Shown: positions 1 through 11,635 of the stretch, in pieces
Position numbering within the stretch: position 1 is the stretch's first letter
Layout of the letters: every line of letters starts with the position of its first letter
Source of the DNA: Nageia nagi
Lineage: Eukaryota > Plantae > Pinophyta
DNA length: 64,000 nucleotides
Assembly: GCA_050084985.1 (NCBI GenBank)
Contig: JBITNC010000001.1
Location: 198,338,001 to 198,402,000 of the forward strand
Direction: 5' to 3'
Translations under genes and position numbers: made by a program
Notes under the pieces: model-generated
What the model was told of the DNA's origin: nothing
Databases searched by the model: none
Seen by the model: only the letters and a program-made list of their open reading frames with translations

Positions 1-230
1 TAGGTTGAGGTTGGATTAATGGATCCATATTTTGGAGAAGCTTGTCATTTTTACTCTTTCAATTGGATTTCACCTTTGTTCATCATCATAGGTAAAGTAT
101 AAGTTTGTATCCTTTGTAAATCCAATTTTGATAGGTCAAGGTCAATTAGGTCATTATCATCTTCATGTTATCGATTTCCTAAATTAGTAAATTTAATATT
201 ATGTAAATAACCCTAATTATTATTATTTTA

Positions 231-574
231 GTTATAACAATGACTTGAGCTTCAGCTTTTTGTATTTCTTCCTTTCTCATCCTCCTAAACTAATATGTGC
301 CACATTACCCATCAAATCATGACAAGTAAAAGTATGGGTAGAGGTGGAGAGGCATTGCTTATCCAAAAGGGATATTGCTTTATGAGTTAGGGGTCTACTA
401 GTTTTGGTTATGCAGGGTGGAAATGAGAGTGTAGGCATGTTAGAAGAGGATTATGAAAAACAAATGCAAGAGGTGATCAAGCAAGTAAGAAGCACCCTTG
501 GGATGGAGAAATTTTATCCCAACATCAGCATTGCCATCATTGACCTCAGGGAGATCTCAAAAAACTAGGTGGCC
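231..574 (+). pseudogene. PSB27: Partial, degenerate duplicate of Psb27 (transit peptide to ...NSWVA), with in-frame stops
   Basis: Colinear with 4550-4897, e.g. ctcatcctcctaaactaa, agaggtggagaggca, gcagggtggaaatg, gaagaggattatg, atcccaacatcagc, cctcagggaga. Stop codons arise at tca-tga, tta-tga and tag(gtggcc). No CpG remains. Confidence 0.93.
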
Positions 575-1944
575 TTATAAAGCAATGTATAGGTCATATC
601 TAGAAAAGTTAAATCCATGTAATCAATAGCTTCTTGCTCTAAGATAGGGATGATATTATTTATAAACATCAAAGTAGAATGATTATATTCAATTGTTATT
701 TCAAATTTGCTCCAAACCTTTTAAAACCTTTTTAGAAACTTATCCAACCTTTCATTAAGCCCTTATTTTATGACATATTAATCTTCCCATGGAGAGGAAG
801 ATCCACTTCCATTACCATTATCACCTTGACCTTTTAGTGCTTTATCATTCATGAAATCTTGAAATTGTTCAAACATAGATTTCATCTAAGAAGGATTCAT
901 TTATGAAAAACTTGAATTACAATACTAATCCAATCCAAAAATATTAGGTATTTTAGTATAATTAATGAAAAATAAGTTATATAATATAAAAGAGTAGATT
1001 TCATAAATTTATTGATACTAAAAAATGACTTTACTCAATTATTTTAATATTATTGATAATAAATAATAATGTTAATTAAAGCATTAAAAGAGATAATTAA
1101 AATATAATATATCTAGCTTTTGACCTAATCAAATTTAAATTCAAATGAATAAAACTTATTTTTACTTATTTCATGTTGATCACAACAAATATTTGGTCTC
1201 AATAGGATCTAGACAACTCACTCTTGAAATTCAAACCTCTGTTCCTACCAAGTGTGGTATGTTGGTGTACCATTGTACATCAATGTATAATGTTGTAAGT
1301 GCATTGATGTACGACTATCCTTCCTTAAATCCTCTAGATTCACATGTATCATCAAGGTTTTTTACCAAGGTTGTTAGACCTAAATACAATATAAGAAATA
1401 AGGAATATAGTTAGCAATAAAGGTACAAATCTAGACTCAATAGGTAGCATTGAGGGATACCAAGTTATAAAGTATACCCTATTAGTGTATCAATGCATCT
1501 TTCAAGATCCAAATATGATCAATGCCACATTCTTTCTCCCTTGTATACATCAAACGTTCCTCCATTAACCAAGAAACCTTGTTAGCTAGCACTCCTTGGA
1601 CCTATCATCAAAATAATAGAAAGGAATTAAATTGCTCTTTAGTCCACAAATATGGAAAACTAAAGAATTGAATTACTTTAATTCTTAGATACCTAAAATA
1701 TAATTTTTAATTAAATATGATTTTTAATTAAATAGAAATTAAGTTTAGGTGTTAACACCTATTATGGAGATTATGACTATTGTTATAGATAACTACAAAT
1801 TATTATATATAATTATGAATTCTTGTTGTCAAACATATTTTATCTAACAAAAATAATATGATAATTTTTGAAATATTATGATAATCTTGGTGAACTCATC
1901 AAAGATTTATTAGGAATTCTAAAACTTATGGATAATAAAATAAA

Positions 1945-2813
1945 GGGAAACTTATGAAAATACCCTTATAAGTTCATGAAATCACGAAAAACACCCCTCA
2001 ATCTTTGAAAATTATAAAAATACCCTTGAAAGTTTTTAAAATTATAGAAATACCCTGAAAAATTCCCACCATTTTTTTCTTACCTCATTCTTCCCTCCCA
2101 CATTTACTTGCTCCCTACTATTACCACAACACAACCAAGTACTCCTACACTTGAACTCTTTCCATTACCACCTCATGATCTTATTTCTATAAGTATCTTA
2201 TTGAACAAATGTATTCATATTGTCGAGTATGTAGATTAATTCCATTCAAAAGATGTATACATTGAAATGTATGCATCCTTGATTTATCATATTCCAAACT
2301 CAACAGAGTGGATATTAACCTATTTTACTATATAGGTCATATGAATTAATTCTTGTTTTTGTAATTATTATTTTCTTTTTGAGATTGATAATCTTATATG
2401 GGTAGGATATATATTCAAGTTTTCAGTTGATGATATGTTTATAATAGGCTAGCTTTCTTTTGTCTTTGATATTACCATTACTCCAAAAAAAAAATTACTT
2501 TATTTGAATTTTATAATTTCAAGTTACCATTATTTGAAGGATTTATATTATTATGTATGCCCTAAAAATCAAGCAACTTATCCAAGTCTTTTATTCATTC
2601 TCTTTTAAAACCTCCATGGATTAGATAAGTTTGTTGGGCAATAATAGGGAGCCTATGAAAATCTAACTTTGTTAATTTATAATTATATAATATATAGCAT
2701 TTTAAATATTCACTTTAAATATAGAGTAGACCATCTTCCAGGAGAATGATAAGGTATGGTGTATTACTTTTAATTTTCAAGTTATAGATAAAGAATTATT
2801 TTTGTATTTGCTC
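1945..2813 (+). mobile_element. Degenerate Mutator-like (MULE) DNA transposon remnant
   Basis: GGGAAA-initiated region with repeated aaaatacc(c/t) units typical of MULE TIRs. 2225-2311 translates as EYVD*FHSKDVYIEMYASLIYHIPNSTEW, resembling the post-SWIM segment of MuDR transposases. Weak inverted counterpart near 2757-2813; no TSD found. Confidence 0.45.
1948..2065. repeat. ~31-bp imperfect tandem repeat, ~4 copies
   Basis: Units ttatgaaaataccctt / tcacgaaaaacacccct / ttataaaaataccctt / ttatagaaataccctg spaced ~30-32 nt. Confidence 0.75.
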
Positions 2814-4424
2814 AATTTTATTTCATATTTTCTTAAGAAAGTTTTCAACCTCAAACTTCACAACCATAAAGGATTATCAGATTTATAAGATTGTTATTTT
2901 TTTTTTCCTAATTCTAAAGTTTCGTATTTTTGTAGTTATTTTTCAAACAATAAAAGGCCTTCCATCTAGTAAAGGTTCTTTTCTTTGATATTGAGATTTC
3001 TATTTAGTTTGATAAATATTATTACTTAATTATTTATTAGAGTGAATCACCTCGAGAAGTTGATTATTGAAGATAGTTGTATGGTAAAGTAATGTTTTAG
3101 ATTTAATAATCACAATTTTGATTTTATTTACATTAATTGTTAGACTGGTTATATTACAAAATCTCTAAAGGATATTTAATTGTTTTACAAGATTATCATA
3201 ATGTTAGCCAACAAGATAATATCTCTTGCATAAAGTAAGAGAATAATGATGAAATTAATGTACCTTAATCTAAACATCATTCTAGTTGATTTATGTAAAC
3301 ACCAAGTATAATTAGGGATTAAAGACATCATTGCATAACTCTAATATTATAATTAATTTCTTGAAACCACCCTAGACTAGTTTTGAATTTGGTGATAACT
3401 CACTCATAAAGCTTATAAATTGTGAACCTCAATTTAAAAGAGGTTTCTAAGTTGACCATACACTTTAAAACTTTACTCTTGGAATCGTGTTAAGGTCTTT
3501 TTTTTTTTAATCAACAAATAAAGCAAGTAGGTCTTCTTTATCATATAGTTTTCAATAATAATTCAAAAAGTGAGGATGCGATTAATTGTTGAATACTGGC
3601 TTCTAAAATTAACTTAGCTTTTGACTCTTAATTTGTTGTTATCAAGTAATCCTTCTTCAAAAGAGGTGTTAGAAATGGTTTCTATATGAAGGGCAAGGGT
3701 AGAGCCCCTAATTTTTAGAATTTCTACTAGGTATCTTTTAATATATTTAACTTTCTTTTTTTGATAGTTTATTCATTCCATCCTCAATAGAGAAAATTTT
3801 CTTTTAGGTATGTAGGAATTATATGTCTTATAAGGTATACATATTTAAAGTGGAAACATAAATATTTTTGAGATAAAAGTTTCAACTATTTATATCAATA
3901 TGTGGTTATCATTTTTCTAGGTAATTTATTTTTCCAAAATTGTTTTGGGTTATTTACTTAAGTCGAATAGTTTTTCCTATTGTTGATTTAGAAATAATTG
4001 TTCTTATATCAATCAAATTTTTATATTCTTTCACTTTTTTGTTCTTATCTCTAGTACTTTAAATAATCTTAATATTTTCTTTAGCAATTTTACATTTAAT
4101 ATTTATTTTTTAATTATTATACATGAAAAAGATTTAACAAAATTTTTTGTTGATGTAAGTACATAATATTTTGATGATTATAAAGATCAATTATTGAAAA
4201 TATAATGAAAGTAATCAAAATCATTATATTTTATATAAACAATCTTTGTAGTTCATAATATTATCTTTACATATTATGTCTTTCACTTTGATGGTTTATC
4301 CTAATCTCGAACTCCTTTATTTTCTTAATAGAAATTGAGAAATAACATAGTTTATTTATGCTTCTATTACAATTTTGTGAAAATTATTTACAAGGACTGC
4401 AAGTATATTTAATTTTACGCGTAT

Positions 4425-4449
4425 GGATAAGCCGATAAGACCACGTGGC
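4425..4449 (+). promoter_or_regulatory. Light-responsive module: two I-boxes (GATAAG) plus G-box (CCACGTGGC)
   Basis: GGATAAG 4425-4431, GATAAG 4434-4439 and CCACGTGGC 4441-4449, ~90 nt upstream of the Psb27 ATG. This is the I-box/G-box arrangement known from rbcS-type promoters. Confidence 0.75.
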
Positions 4450-4534
4450 ACATTTGTTGGATCATGGCTCGTGTTCTCGATCTCCGTCACCGATTAAACC
4501 CATTGTCCCCGACCTTCAGAACGCCCAAATCCAA

Positions 4535-5080
4535 ATGGCAATAGCCCCGGTCATGTCAATGGCGGCTTCCGCTTCGGCTTCTGGCGTTTCTTCCTTCTCT
4601 CATCCTCCTAAACTAACGTCTGCAGCATTACCCATCAGATCACGGCAAGTGAAAGTACGGGCAGAGGTGGAGAGGCACTGCTTATCCAGAAGGGATATTG
4701 CTTTAAGAGCAGGGGGTCTGCTGCTTTTGGTTGTGCAGGGTGGAAATGCGAGCGCGGGCACGTTGGAAGAGGATTATGCAAAAGAAACGCGGGAGGTGAT
4801 CGAGCAAGTGAGAAGCGCCCTTGGGATAGAGAAATCTGATCCCAACATCAGCGCTGCCGTGGCCGCCCTCAGGGAGACCTCCAACAGCTGGGTGGCCAAG
4901 TACCGTCGAGAGAAGCAATTAGCCGGTAAGCCCTCTTTCAGTAATATGTACTCCGTCTTGAATGCAATATCTGGTCATTTCATAAGCTTTGGCCCAACTG
5001 CTCCCATTCCTGCCAAACGCAAAGCCAGAATTCTCGAAGAAGTTGAGACAGCCGAGAAAGCCTTGACCAAAGGCAGATAG
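4535..5080 (+). CDS. PSB27: Photosystem II assembly/repair protein Psb27 (Psb27-H1 type), chloroplast lumen precursor, 181 aa
   Basis: Ser/Ala-rich transit peptide, then SRRD + hydrophobic stretch + ASA lumen signal. Mature domain EEDYAKETREVI...LRETSNSWVAKYRREKQLAGKPSFSNMYSVLNAISGHFISFGPTAPIPAKRKARILEEVETAEKAL. First in-frame ATG is 4535; the track's 4445 start is a GTG inside the G-box. Confidence 0.97.
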   Translation: MAIAPVMSMAASASASGVSSFSHPPKLTSAALPIRSRQVKVRAEVERHCLSRRDIALRAGGLLLLVVQGGNASAGTLEEDYAKETREVIEQVRSALGIEKSDPNISAAVAALRETSNSWVAKYRREKQLAGKPSFSNMYSVLNAISGHFISFGPTAPIPAKRKARILEEVETAEKALTKGR

Positions 5081-5839
5081 ATAGACACGCATTCATTCTC
5101 TCCATCTGCCCCCTTTTTAACACTGCGGGTGTGGAAGTTTTGCTGCGTTTTGTACAAGTTTCGTGATTCTGTAAATGCCCAAGCAGAAGCGCATGTAGAT
5201 GCAGTTTGCAGAAGCAGCCCTTCAAGGCTTTTGATATTAATTCGGAGGAGTTTGCTTGTAATAATTTTCAAGTGATTTAAGATAATAAAATATGATATCT
5301 TTACTAACAAAAATAAAGCTGTTTGTGGATAAAGCATATTAGTTCAACATGAATTGGATTTATAAAATATCATAATATTCATACTAGTGTTTCTTAGGTG
5401 TTCACACTTTTAAGTTCATAATAATAATAATAAAAAAATAATCTATTTCACCTCATTTTAGGTTTATATTCATTGTTTTTAATTGTCATAGTATATTATG
5501 TTAAATTATTAATTTGTTTACTTAGTTAATTTCTATATAATGCATTTCTTCGTGGTTAGTAAATAATATATTTATTTTTTTAACATTTTTTCTTATACAC
5601 TTACTCAAATTATCATTAGTCTTGTTGTATCTAAAATTTTCAACCTTTCTTGATCATAAAATCTTGAATTCTCTAAGATGATAAGCTTGTTTAAACAAAT
5701 GCAAATTTAATGTAAGCAAAAGATGGATAAACTGAAATAGAAACTTAAAGATGCCAAACAAGTGATCATAAACCCTCATTCTTATTCAATCCTTATGACT
5801 TTTGAGCCATGTCATCTTCAATCACCATATCTCCTTGGT

Positions 5840-6230
5840 CTTAAAATCCTAAAACTTTGAACCTTCGTAGGTAAGTGAGATCCTACACATTATATTTGAT
5901 AATTTATGCAATTATGCATTAGCCTTTTACATGATGACAAACTTCAAGGAAAATTATTCTCTAATAATATATTAGGTAATGCACTTGAATGGTTTTACAA
6001 ATTGCTAAAATTGTCTAACATGACTTCCCTTCCTTTTCAAAGCTATTTGTAGGTCATTTCAAGATCTACATTATTGAAGTGTAATTATTACTTATATGCT
6101 ATAAAACTAGTCTAATTTTGAGTGAAATTATAATAAAATTTAAAAATAAGCTCATCATGAAATAAAATGATTATATCAATCTAGATATCCATGAAACGTT
6201 TCATACTTATTTGCTTCCTTAAGTAGATAA
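5840..6230 (+). pseudogene. Old Ty3/Gypsy gag fragment
   Basis: Translates (with stops) as FVGK*DPTHYI**FMQLC...KLFSNNILGNALEWFYKL, a Retrotrans_gag-like motif. Confidence 0.6.
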
Positions 6231-6925
6231 ATTTGTATCTCTTTATAAAATTAATCCCCCCTTTTTTTTGGTTGGGACAACAAAAAGGCCACTTGGTAAA
6301 TTGAAGGGTTTTTTTTTATACAGGTACCCAAAACCTTGAATACCCAATAAAAAGTTGGGGACAAATTTCATATGGATTTCATACAATTATCAATTTTAAC
6401 TATGAGTAAATCTGCTATAGAAATTGTAGCGAGAGAATCAACTTTTACACGCTTTTATTTCTTTCCATAAATCCTCTCCCAAAACTGTCGAGTGTTGTTT
6501 GTTTGTCGTCAATGACTTCCTTGGTAGTTTCAATTTCCCTAATCTCTCCTTCACTTAGTCGTCCAACATACCTTTGTCCTACGTTTGGTCTCTTTAAGGC
6601 ATTCTATAGTATCCTTTGACTGGATTTGGGGATTTGCATATCATAAAAGTTTGATTGGCTTTCCACAAATGTACTTTGTTGTCTTTTTTGGATTTTACTT
6701 ATTTCCAACCCTCATTCTTAGGTGTTTTTTGCTCTTGCATCTTTAGATCATTTTCTACGGTATAAAACTAATTCTTTTAATGAAACATGTTATGAAACTT
6801 TGCATCAAGAAAATATAATGATAGAATTGGGCTATTTAAATCACAAACCTAATGAAAATACTTCTAATACTAATAAATTTCCTTTTCAAAAGAAATAAAG
6901 ATATGTGAAAAAATAGAAGCATGAA

Positions 6926-7532
6926 TGATCTAGGTGGATATTGGTGACCATCCACCTATTCCACTTGGGCTCCCACCATTGTCTCTTTTAGTTTGTCAGT
7001 TTTGGCATAACTTACTATTTTTAGCAATTTTTTGGGTCCTGAACTTTCGAAGCTGTTTTGAGGCCCTAAATGACGTTTTTTGGGCTTCGTCATTTTTTTT
7101 TTCATAAAATGAAATTCATCTTTAAATTTGTAGTCCTTGAATAGATCTTTCCAACAAGGTATCATGTGCATCAAACGGAGATAGTATGCAAAAGTTACAT
7201 CCCTGGGAAGTTGACACACCAATTTACCCAAACGGGGTCCATAGTTTTGGCACTTCATCTCCTAAGGTTAGGTTTTTGGGATGTTTAGGGTTCTTCATTG
7301 TTTCTCAATAATAAATAGGCCCTTGAGCCTCATTGTAATAGAGTTCGGAAGCATGTAGCCGCAACATCTCTTCTCAGAGATAGCTACTAGTGCTCTAGCT
7401 AGTTTTCTTTCCATTCTATCTGTAAGCAAATTTCATTCTATGACATTAATGGAATGAAGTGTTATTTCTGATGCATCTCTATATTTATGGTTATATGTTT
7501 ATTCTATTGCATTCCTACATAAATCCGGATTA
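6926..7532 (+). repeat. 5' LTR of element A
   Basis: TGATC...GGAT(T)A; direct repeat of 9842-10448 with ~23 substitutions by hand count. Confidence 0.95.
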
Positions 7533-7533
7533 G

Positions 7534-7544
7534 TGGTATCAGAG
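7534..7544 (+). promoter_or_regulatory. Primer binding site (tRNA-iMet) of element A
   Basis: TGGTATCAGAG, 1 nt after the LTR end. Confidence 0.93.
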
Positions 7545-7574
7545 AGGTCTACTTTTTTCTCGATCCTTCTTTGC

Positions 7575-9830
7575 ATGTCCCCAACGAGGTCAGGGTATAA
7601 GGAGCTAGGGCTTGATCTGGTGGAGCCTTTGCAAGATCAACCTCACAAACCTTGACAGATGCCCATGGGGGATGAAAAGAAAGATGAGGGAGTAGGAGAT
7701 CCTATCAAAAGATTACTCGAGGAGGCCCTTGAAACACAAAGGAATGCAATGATGGATAACTTTGCTCATATCCTTCAACGACTGCCCATTGGCAATGCAT
7801 CTGCATCCAGTAGCCACTCTAGCATTGCAACTCCTTTTAAGGTACAAGTAAATTTTGACATTCCCATATTTGAGGGTCAAATAGGTGCCGATGCTGTAGA
7901 TAGATGGTTGAATCTATTAGAAGGATATTTCTCTGTGCATGACTTTTTAGATAGGGAGAAGATTATTTTTTCACTCCTCAAAGCTACCCCCCATGTTAAG
8001 GACTGGTGGGAAACCTACTGTGAGAACAAGGACCAGATAGAACCCTCTCTGTTCTCAGCTACACCAACTTGGAATTATTTCTGAGATGCCATAAAGGAAC
8101 AATACTATCCTATGGGGAGCTATGAGGACAAGTACATACAATGGACAACGCTACGACAACAAAGGGATCAAGATGTGCATGAGCTAACAAATTTGTTCCA
8201 TACCCTATGCACAAAGTTGGGTATCAAAGATTCAGAGAAACATTTGGTGCTAAAGTATCGTAGCTGTCTACACAAATACATTTAGGAGGAAATGGAGTTC
8301 CTTAACATCTCCTCACTTGGTATGGCATATCGATATGCTGCCAAGATTGAGCAAAAATTCAAATAGAAGAAGCGAGAATTTGGATCTACAAATCAAAAGC
8401 CACAAGAAAAGAACAACACCACAAAGCCAAAGAAGGACACAGGAAAGTGGTGTGAGTTCCATAAGAGCTCCACTCACAACACAAGTGAGTGTCGAGCCAA
8501 GTAGTTGCTAGTGGCTGAGATGAGGGCATCTGAGTCAGATGCATGCTCTGACTCTGAATTAGAACCTGAAAAGGGGAATGAAACTGGGAAACAAATTATT
8601 GATGCGGATCCCAATGCTATTGTTACCACTATAAAGGTCCAGAAGAAGGAACTAGAAGATCCAGAGGAGGAGGAACATCTCTTCCATTCCCAGATGTGGG
8701 TAAAGGGCTCCCCTGTACAGTTCCTTATCGATAATGGGAGCCAAAAGAACCTCATTTCAGTAGACACCGTGAAGCGATTGGGCTTGCCGACCATCGCTCA
8801 CCCACATCCATACACCATCGAGTGGCTTCACTAAGGATGAGATCTTCGCATCAGCCAACAGTGTCACCTTCCCTATAGCATCAAGCCATTCACAGATGAG
8901 GTATTATGTGATGTTGCTCCTATTGATGCTACTGATGTATTATTAGGACAACCATACTTATGGAAGCATCATGCTATGTATGAGTCTCGATCTCGTGTTG
9001 TTATTATTACTTTGGGAAATAAGTTGTACAGGATACCAGAGGTACCACCTCCTACGACTAACTCTTTGGTTACTGCAAAATAATGCAGTAAGCTCATTTC
9101 TCAAACTAGAAAATTTGCTTTCCTAATGATCTGCCCCCAGGGCAAGAAGAAGACTATGGCCATGACCTCTAGACAGGGCCCCTCTGCACAACAACAACAA
9201 ATGGATAAGGTTGTGGAGGAGTACGGGGACATCTTCACCTCACCCATAGGGGTTCCTCTACATTATCAGGTCAAGCACCCAATTGATCTGACCCCAGGTG
9301 CATCGCTACCCAATGGACCAATCTATCAGTGCTCTATTTTGGAAAATAATGAAATCAAGAGGCAAATTCAGGCTAATTCAACTCACATCCAGTCTGAAGT
9401 TGACAAAGCAAGTAGCTTCATTAAGCGCATTCAACACATCCACCAACAGGTTCATGATATATTGGACAAAGCTAATGTGAAGTACAAGCAGCACCATGAT
9501 CAACACTAGGTGCCACACAACTTCCAGGTGGGAGATAAAGTATGGCTACATTTGCAAAAGGAGCACCTCATTAGACCCCACTGCAAGCTTTGCCCGATCT
9601 GATACAGGCTGTACACCATCACCAAGGCTGTAGGGAATAATGCTTTTGAGCTTGGGATTCCACCATTCCTTGTACTGCACCTAGTCTTCAATGTCCCACT
9701 TCTACTGGACACTTCAAACATTGCCAAACAACTCCTGCACCAAGGAAAGTGGTTCACCAGGGACCAAGTTCAGCAGAAATTTCCTCATCTCATGGAGGAA
9801 CTTAACGCAATGGGGACCATTGCTTTCTAA
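7575..9830 (+). pseudogene. gag-protease-(RT/RH/IN deleted)-integrase C-terminus of element A
   Basis: Gag FDIPIFEGQ...VKDWWE; knuckle WCEFHKSSTHNTSEC; protease FLIDNGSQKNLIS; pre-RT VKHPIDLTPG...EIKRQIQ fused to ...HDQH*VPHNFQVGDKVWLHL...NNAFEL; several stops. Confidence 0.9.
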
Positions 9831-9841
9831 GGGGGGAGGAA
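9829..9841 (+). promoter_or_regulatory. Polypurine tract of element A
   Basis: AAGGGGGGAGGAA abutting the 3' LTR. Confidence 0.9.
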
Positions 9842-10448
9842 TAATCCAAGTGGATATTGGTGACCATCCACCTATTCCACTTGGGCTCCCACCATTGTCT
9901 CTTTTAGTTTGTCAGTTTTGGCATAACTTACTATTTTTAGCAATTTTTTGGGTCCTGAACTTCCAAAGCTATTTTGAGGCCCTAAATGATGTTTTTTGGG
10001 CTTCATCATTTTTTATTTCATAAAATGAATTTCATCTTTAAAGTTGTAGTCCTCGAATAGATCTTTCCAACGAGGTATCATGTGCATCAAACAGAGATAG
10101 TATGCAAAAGTTACATCCCTGGGAAGTTGACACACCAATTTACCCAAATGGGGTCCATAGTTTTGGCACTTCATCTCCTAAGGTTAGGTTTTTGGGATGT
10201 TTAGGGTTCTCCATTGTTTCTCAATAATAAATAGGCCCTCAAGCCTCATTGTAATAGAGTTCGGAAGCCTGTAGCCGCAACATCTCTTCTCAGAGATAGC
10301 TACTAGTGCTCTAGCTAGTTTTCTTTCCATTCTATCTATAAGCAAATTTCATTCTATGACATTAATGGAATGAAGTGTTATTTCTACTGCATCTCTATAT
10401 TTATGGTTATATGTTTATTCTATTGCATTCCTACATAAATCCGGATCA
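9842..10448 (+). repeat. 3' LTR of element A
   Basis: T(A)ATCC...GGATCA followed by TSD ATGAA. Confidence 0.95.
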
Positions 10449-11000
10449 ATGAATAATACAATAAACATGATTTTTAATTCTCAATAAGAAATAACCCTTG
10501 CTAGAAGTTGGAGAGAGAAAATAAAGTTTGCAAATAAATATCTTTGATACCAATTGTTAGGAATAAATATATAAAAATAAATTTGAGTAATAAACCCTCT
10601 ATTAGTTTGCAACAGAACCTTAATAAGAAAATGTAAAGCAATCACACAAACACATAAGAGAAGATACACGTTTAATGTGGTTCACCCAATGTAGGCTACA
10701 TAATTTAATCACCTCTAAGCAACCAACAGGTACACTAAGAACCACCTATTGTAACCTTCTTCTTAGTCTAAAAGAATCCTTAATATGAACATGATTTCTC
10801 TCTCTCACAAAACCACAAAACCACAAAATTCACCTAGTTTTCTCCTCTTTTTATTTTTCAATTACAATGCAAAACCTTGGATTTATAACCAAGTTACAAT
10901 CCTACTCTTTTTCCATTATGGAGCTAAGAATCCATGCAAAAATGGTGATGTAACTCCCATCCTACAATTTAAGACATAAAAGAGAGTGGTTTGACCATCT

Positions 11001-11635
11001 TATAGACCAAAAATAATGCATAAATAGTAAATTGACGGACTATTTGTCTACACTATATTATTGAAGCATATATCAGAAATATGGCATCAAATGAACAATG
11101 ATAATCAATGTACCTTCATCGTAGTCGCATAAACATGAAATAACGAAAACCATTCATCAATTGCCATGGTGTATTCACAAAGACATACGCCACCAACTAG
11201 CCAAAGATACCATGCTACTGGTTGTGTAGATTAATCAGATCGACGAATAGAATAAAAGATATATGAAAGTGACATGAAGGGTTTAACAGATCTATGCAGA
11301 GGTGCTGTTACAAAATATTGTTGTTGATAGGATAAAGTGATCTTGCATTTGTTGAAGTCTCTCCTAGTATTTCTGATGCCCTCGCATGATGTCTCTTGCA
11401 TTGCCTTTGATGTGTCTTTATAGCAATGCCCTAGTATTCTTTGATTCTTGAGATCATTGCACATTACATGGTTCGAGGTGTCTTTCTTGATATTTGACAG
11501 CTTTTACATTTTACAATGGTCCATTACATTTATTACATTGCCTTGGGTATATTTTAACCTCTTTTTTACAATAAATATCATTGATGTTATAAAATGAATT
11601 ATTAAACAAGTAATAATTCATTTTTAATCATCTTT
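11001..11635 (-). repeat. 3' LTR of element C (right boundary approximate)
   Basis: Direct repeat of 16632-17264; starts tatagac versus tgtagac. Confidence 0.88.

Larger units (their letters stand above)
6926..10448 (+). mobile_element. Element A: Ty3/Gypsy chromovirus-type LTR retrotransposon, internally deleted (non-autonomous)
   Basis: Two 607-bp LTRs, TSD ATGAA (6921-6925 and 10449-10453), tRNA-Met PBS, PPT, gag, Zn knuckle, protease and integrase tail. Confidence 0.95.

Noticed and set aside
1145-1620. 89-aa ORF and coding-looking reverse strand
   Set aside because: No motif recognised and multiple stops on the reverse strand; probably TE debris.
231-2813. Pack-MULE capture as the origin of the Psb27 fragment
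   Set aside because: The fragment lies outside the putative TIR pair, and no enclosing TIRs or TSD were found.
4445-4534. 30-aa N-terminal extension of Psb27 in the ORF track
   Set aside because: It starts at a GTG within the G-box; the transit-peptide-like sequence begins at ATG 4535.
4703-5337. Antisense ORFs overlapping Psb27
   Set aside because: Short shadows of a GC-rich CDS with no recognisable motif.
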